A stretch of DNA of 32,000 nucleotides from Pseudothioglobus sp. nBUS_23 (lineage in GTDB: Bacteria > Pseudomonadota > Gammaproteobacteria > PS1 > Pseudothioglobaceae). Made by a program: the position numbers and the translations under genes. The stretch lies in contig NZ_CP179200.1 in the NCBI RefSeq assembly GCF_051201565.1, positions 1,230,001-1,262,000 of the forward strand, given 5' to 3'. Positions 28,440 through 32,000 of the stretch are shown one piece after another; positions within the stretch are counted from its first letter, which is position 1; every line of letters begins with the position of its first letter. Under the pieces are notes generated by a model. It was not told the origin of the DNA. It made no database searches and saw only the letters and a program-made list of their open reading frames with translations.

Positions 28440-28472
28440 GCTTCATACTAGTTCGGAGGGCTATTCTGAAGC
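28440..28472. other. Hairpin H1 with GGAGGG (plus) / CCCUCC (minus) loop
   Basis: GCTTCA-(21 nt including an inner TAG/CTA pairing)-TGAAGC. The apical loop is ttcggaggg. Confidence 0.4.
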
Positions 28473-28565
28473 AGTTGAAATGATCAAAAATAAAACGAAG
28501 ATTGAGGAAGTCAGTTTTATAAATAATCATTTCAAACCTTTAAAAAATTTAGTGTTTTCAATTTA

Positions 28566-28600
28566 ATGATAATGATACTCATTCTCATTTGCAATTGCAA
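28566..28600 (-). promoter_or_regulatory. Candidate sigma70 promoter(s), minus strand
   Basis: Minus strand reads TTGCAATTGCAAATGAGAATGAGTATCATTATCAT. This gives two registers of TTGCAA, then 17 nt, then TATCAT (-35 at 28595-28600 or 28589-28594; -10 at 28572-28577 or 28566-28571). Confidence 0.5.
28568..28586. promoter_or_regulatory. Fur box (ferric uptake regulator operator)
   Basis: GATAATGATACTCATTCTC matches the consensus GATAATGATAATCATTATC at 17/19 positions. It overlaps the spacer and -10 of the minus-strand promoter and lies 115 nt upstream of the CDF gene ATG. Confidence 0.7.
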
Positions 28601-28700
28601 GTCTTTTTTAAAAAAAAATTGTAATATCTACTATGGAGTTCAAAAATCGTAATAACATAACCTAAAATATAACTATAAAACTTTCAATAATTAACACTGA

Positions 28701-29837
28701 ATGGATTTAGGAAAACGCAGTAAGGAAAGTCAAAAAGTAACCATTGTTGGGGCTTCAATTGATTTATTTCTTTCGATCATAAAAATTGTATTGGGTTACA
28801 TTGGACAATCAAGTGCTCTAATTGCTGATGGAATTCACTCTTTTTCTGATTTGCTCACTGACTGGGTAACTTGGTATGCTTCAAAACTTTCTGGTGACGC
28901 GCCAGACGACGATCATCCTTATGGTCATGAGCGTTTTGAAACTGTAGCAACGCTTGGTATCAGTATTTTTTTAGCGATTGTTGGAACTATAATTATATTT
29001 GATGGCTTTGAACGCTTCTCAAATCCTAATGAGCTTCAATATGGCAACTGGTTAATTGCTGCTGCTGCTTTATCTATATTGAGTAAAGAAGGGCTTTATT
29101 GGTATACACTTAAAGTTTCAAAAAATATAAAATCTGACCTTCTTAGGGCAAATGCTTGGCATCACAGAACGGATGCCTTGTCCTCTATCGTTGTAGTTAT
29201 AGGAATCATTGGCGCTGTTAATGGATACTCTTTCCTTGATAGTGTGGCGGCTATGATTGTTGGAGTATTAATCATATATATTGGCTGGCAACTTGGCTTC
29301 GAAGCCACTAAGGAATTAGTTGATACGTCAATTGATCAAGAAGATATAAAGGCACTTCGTTTAGCTTTGTCTGAGATTAAAGGTGTCAAAAGTGTTCATA
29401 CTCTCAGAACAAGAAAGGTTGGCCATAAAAAGTCTGCCGATGTCCATGTCCAGGTTAATCCCTTTTTGTCTGTTAGTGAGGGTCATATTATTAGTGTAAG
29501 TGTTGAGCGTGTTGCTAAAGAATGCATCGAAGAGCTTGATGACGTTACTGTACATATAGATCCAGAGAATGATGAAGAAAAAGAGGATGCACCTTATAAG
29601 GACTTACCTGAGCGTGCACAGGCTCTAAAAATTATTAGTCAATCTTTAAAACTTGAAAACTTAAATTTTGAAATTGAGAAAACACAGCTTCATTACTTGG
29701 ACGGGGAAATATTGGTTGATTTTTACTTATCAATTGATTATTTAAAAAATAAAACAACTGAGCAGATTCAATCAGAATTCAGTTCAGCTCTTGAAAAACT
29801 TCCAGGGTTTGGCCAAGTTAAGGTCTATTACAGCTAG
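28701..29837 (+). CDS. Cation diffusion facilitator (CDF) family divalent-metal efflux transporter with extended C-terminus
   Basis: Six predicted TM helices with metal-site motifs HSFSD (TM2) and HHRTD (TM5). A cytoplasmic CTD (..VKSVHTLRTRKVGHKKSADVHVQV..VTVHIDPEN) is followed by about 88 extra residues. Confidence 0.88.
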   Translation: MDLGKRSKESQKVTIVGASIDLFLSIIKIVLGYIGQSSALIADGIHSFSDLLTDWVTWYASKLSGDAPDDDHPYGHERFETVATLGISIFLAIVGTIIIFDGFERFSNPNELQYGNWLIAAAALSILSKEGLYWYTLKVSKNIKSDLLRANAWHHRTDALSSIVVVIGIIGAVNGYSFLDSVAAMIVGVLIIYIGWQLGFEATKELVDTSIDQEDIKALRLALSEIKGVKSVHTLRTRKVGHKKSADVHVQVNPFLSVSEGHIISVSVERVAKECIEELDDVTVHIDPENDEEKEDAPYKDLPERAQALKIISQSLKLENLNFEIEKTQLHYLDGEILVDFYLSIDYLKNKTTEQIQSEFSSALEKLPGFGQVKVYYS

Positions 29838-29841
29838 TAGA

Positions 29842-30312
29842 CTAAAGTGCATGATAACCATGGCAAATAGCTCCTGCTAGTGCATCGCCAGCATCTGCTT
29901 GAGGTGCTTTATTAAGTTTTAAGAGTTGTTGCACCATGAATGAAACTTGCTCCTTAGTAGCATGCCCTCTTCCCACAACAGCTTTTTTTATTTGATTAGC
30001 AGTGTAATCAATAATTGGAATCCCTTTTCCCCCAGCAGCTGAAATTATTGCACCTCGGGCATGACCAAGCTTTATTGCAGCATCGGGGTTTGGCCTATCA
30101 GGCCTCATGAATACTCTTTCAACTACAACAATATCAACTTCGTGTTTATCAATGATTTCCTTAATTCCCTCATAGATAGTAATTATTCTTTCATTAAGCT
30201 CGCCTTGCGTTCTTATACATCCACTATTAATATATGAAAATTTTAGCTTATTGGCTTCAATTAAGCCGAAACCAGTAATTCTAGAGCCAGGATCTATACC
30301 AAGTATTTTCAT
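29842..30312 (-). CDS. ruvC: Crossover junction endodeoxyribonuclease RuvC
   Basis: MKILGIDPGSRITGFG.. with the E and D catalytic pattern (..VVVERVF.., ..QADAGDALA.). Confidence 0.92.
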   Translation of the reverse strand: MKILGIDPGSRITGFGLIEANKLKFSYINSGCIRTQGELNERIITIYEGIKEIIDKHEVDIVVVERVFMRPDRPNPDAAIKLGHARGAIISAAGGKGIPIIDYTANQIKKAVVGRGHATKEQVSFMVQQLLKLNKAPQADAGDALAGAICHGYHAL

Positions 30313-30400
30313 AAAGCTATTCTATCAGCTCAGTAAAAACAAGCCAGTATTTTAGTAAAAAAGATATAATGCGATTTGACTTTAAATTAAGAGGGGAACT

Positions 30401-30760
30401 ATGTCTGTTATCGAGCTCAAGCAATCTAACTTTGACGAAACAATAAGCAGTAATGATATTGTTATTATTGATTTTTGGGCTCCATGGTGTGGGCCATGTC
30501 TCCAATTTGCTCCTACCTTTAAGGAGGCCTCAGAAAAAATTGATGGGGTCACTTTTGCAAAAGTAAATACTGAAGAAGAGCAATCACTGGGCGCTCATTT
30601 TGGAATCAGATCAATCCCTACCTTAATGATATTTAGGGAGCAGATTGGAATATTCTCTCAGGCAGGATCCATGACTGCTAAGGATTTAGAAGATTTGCTT
30701 GATAAGGCGAAATCAATTGACATGGATGAAGTTAGAAAGGAGCTTGAAAGTCAAAAGTGA
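30401..30760 (+). CDS. Thioredoxin
   Basis: WAPWCGPC active site and thioredoxin-fold sequence (..GIRSIPTLMIF..). GAGGGG SD. A TATAAT at 30365-30370 is a possible -10 element. Confidence 0.9.
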   Translation: MSVIELKQSNFDETISSNDIVIIDFWAPWCGPCLQFAPTFKEASEKIDGVTFAKVNTEEEQSLGAHFGIRSIPTLMIFREQIGIFSQAGSMTAKDLEDLLDKAKSIDMDEVRKELESQK

Positions 30761-30762
30761 CT

Positions 30763-31104
30763 TTATAACAGAAGCTCAGAATATTGTTTCTCGCTAAACC
30801 CGACCATCACATCTCCATTCTGAATTAAAACAGGCCTTTTAATAAGAGTTGGATACTTGGATACAAGCTCATAACCAATATTTTGTTTTTCATCGTCAGT
30901 TAATGACCTATAGGTGGAGGAGCGTTTATTAATAAGCATCTCAAGGCCTACCCCCTGCTCCATTGTTTTATAGAGATCTTCAGATATTAGGTTTTCTCTG
31001 AAGTCTATAAATTCATGCGGTAATGACTTACTCGAAAGAAACTTTAAAGCCTTCTTGACAGTATCACAGTTTTTTATTCCATAAATGGTCAATGAGATAG
31101 TCAT
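30763..31104 (-). CDS. yffB: ArsC/Spx/MgsR-family protein, YffB-like
   Basis: IYGIKNCDTVKKALKFL.. N-terminal Cys motif and ..LIKRPVL... Length 113 aa, as for YffB. Confidence 0.8.
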   Translation of the reverse strand: MTISLTIYGIKNCDTVKKALKFLSSKSLPHEFIDFRENLISEDLYKTMEQGVGLEMLINKRSSTYRSLTDDEKQNIGYELVSKYPTLIKRPVLIQNGDVMVGFSEKQYSELLL

Positions 31105-31108
31105 TAAG

Positions 31109-31546
31109 CTAAACCTCTAACAGAAAGGTCACAGGACCATCATTAACTAGTGAGACTTTCATATCAGCACCAAAAATTCCAGTCTCAACTTTAAGGCCTG
31201 AACTCCTTGCGTTCTCTACAAAGTAGTCGTAAAGACTCTCTGCATCCAGAGGCGGCATGGCAGTTGAAAATCCAGCTCTGGTTCCATTTTTTGTATCCGC
31301 AGCCAAAGTAAACTGAGAAATAATTAAGATTTCTCCATTGATATCCTTGAGACTTAAGTTCATTTTTTGATTTTGGTCAGGAAACAATCTATAAGAGATA
31401 ATCTTGTTAATCATCTTATCTGCCATAGGCCTTGTATCTTGTTTCTCTAAACCCAAAAAAACTAATAGGCCCTTTTCAACAGATCCAACTAACTTTCCAT
31501 CAACTTTTACCTGTGAGGAGCTTACTCTCTGAATTAAAGCTTTCAT
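31109..31546 (-). CDS. dtd: D-aminoacyl-tRNA deacylase
   Basis: MKALIQRV..LVFLG..SQFTL..G.R..F..A..NDGPVTF, full-length Dtd pattern (145 aa). Confidence 0.93.
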   Translation of the reverse strand: MKALIQRVSSSQVKVDGKLVGSVEKGLLVFLGLEKQDTRPMADKMINKIISYRLFPDQNQKMNLSLKDINGEILIISQFTLAADTKNGTRAGFSTAMPPLDAESLYDYFVENARSSGLKVETGIFGADMKVSLVNDGPVTFLLEV

Positions 31547-31549
31547 TGA

Positions 31550-32000
31550 TTATGATGACAGATGTGAAATATCTGCTACAGAAAGAAATAGATGTCTCAC
31601 TCTTCTTATGAGGGCCAGCCTAGAACTTCTAACCTTATCATCCTCAGCATTGACCATTACATTATCAAAGAATGAATCAATTGAGTCTTTTAAGTTCAAC
31701 AAAGATTTCATTATCTCTTTGTAATTCTTGCTGCCTGATAATTCTTTTGTTAAGGATTCAGTTGCCTTGTATAGAATCTTTTCAGAATCTTCAAGAAGTA
31801 TATTTGAATTCAATTCCTCCAGCTTCTCATCTGAGTCTTTCAAGATGTTTGCAATTCTTTTATTCGCCTCAATTAGACTTTTTGAATCAGCACTCCGAGT
31901 AAATTCATTTAAAGCATCTATCCTGTAATGAAAGTCTAAAGGAGAATCTGGCGAAACTGCCAGAACAGCTTCATAAATATTTGTATCAATATTGGCGTCT
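31550..32000 (-). CDS. glyS: Glycine--tRNA ligase beta subunit, C-terminal end (5' partial)
   Basis: I checked codon by codon that the frame stays open to the window edge. The C-terminus ..FFDNVMVNAEDDKVRSSRLALIRRVRHLFLSVADIS.. and the upstream ..AVLAVSPDSPLDF..ANKRIANIL.. are GlyS-like. The TTG at 31843 in the ORF track is an internal Leu. Confidence 0.88.
   Translation of the reverse strand, partial: DANIDTNIYEAVLAVSPDSPLDFHYRIDALNEFTRSADSKSLIEANKRIANILKDSDEKLEELNSNILLEDSEKILYKATESLTKELSGSKNYKEIMKSLLNLKDSIDSFFDNVMVNAEDDKVRSSRLALIRRVRHLFLSVADISHLSS

Larger units (their letters stand above)
28311..28565 (-). ncRNA. Candidate Fur-regulated small transcript (sRNA or leader), prediction only
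   Basis: Bounded by the Fur-box-overlapped minus-strand promoter (28566-28600) and the minus-strand terminator (28311-28348). It contains three stem-loops with CU-rich loops. I recognise no RyhB/PrrF core sequence. Confidence 0.3.

Noticed and set aside
1-32000. Scanned the window for CRISPR repeats, tRNA/rRNA genes, transposase, integrase or phage genes, toxin-antitoxin or restriction/defence modules, and long direct repeats.
   Set aside because: None found by eye. Every ORF over about 100 aa is accounted for by a housekeeping or generic metabolic family. ratA is the conserved SRPBCC homologue next to smpB, not a mobile TA module. A computational repeat or tRNA scan would be needed to exclude small elements completely.

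Overview
AT-rich, very tightly packed chromosomal segment that looks like the core genome of a streamlined gammaproteobacterium. The taxon is inferred only from protein similarity and conserved gene neighbourhoods (ndk-rlmN-x-ispG, smpB/ratA). I support 36 protein-coding genes, almost all recognisable housekeeping functions: purL 3' end, grxD, trhO, dxs, ispG, rlmN, ndk, hupB, smpB, ratA, rluE, rnhA, asnB-type amidotransferase, leuCD, ruvA, an RND pump, typA, rlmE, ispB, dinG, a 2-Cys peroxiredoxin, a CDF transporter, ruvC, thioredoxin, yffB, dtd and the glyS 3' end. Many genes overlap or abut, including overlapping divergent start codons and back-to-back stop codons. I see no rRNA, tRNA, tmRNA, CRISPR array, IS element, integrase, phage gene or recognisable defence system, so this is not an obvious accessory island. 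The most unusual stretch is the only large non-coding gap (about 28114-28700). It holds a 17/19 match to the Fur-box consensus overlapping a good minus-strand sigma70-like promoter. About 220 nt downstream on that strand is a strong orphan intrinsic terminator, and three hairpins display GGA-rich (plus strand) or CU-rich anti-SD (minus strand) loops. I read this as a candidate iron-responsive small RNA or leader. Secondary candidates are a divergent FAD-oxidoreductase / TauD-like dioxygenase pair of unknown substrate, a DUF455 di-iron protein, an orphan RND permease with a charged low-complexity insertion, and a 97-aa membrane protein in the slot normally held by RodZ. All functional calls come from reading the translations and motifs by eye; no searches were run.
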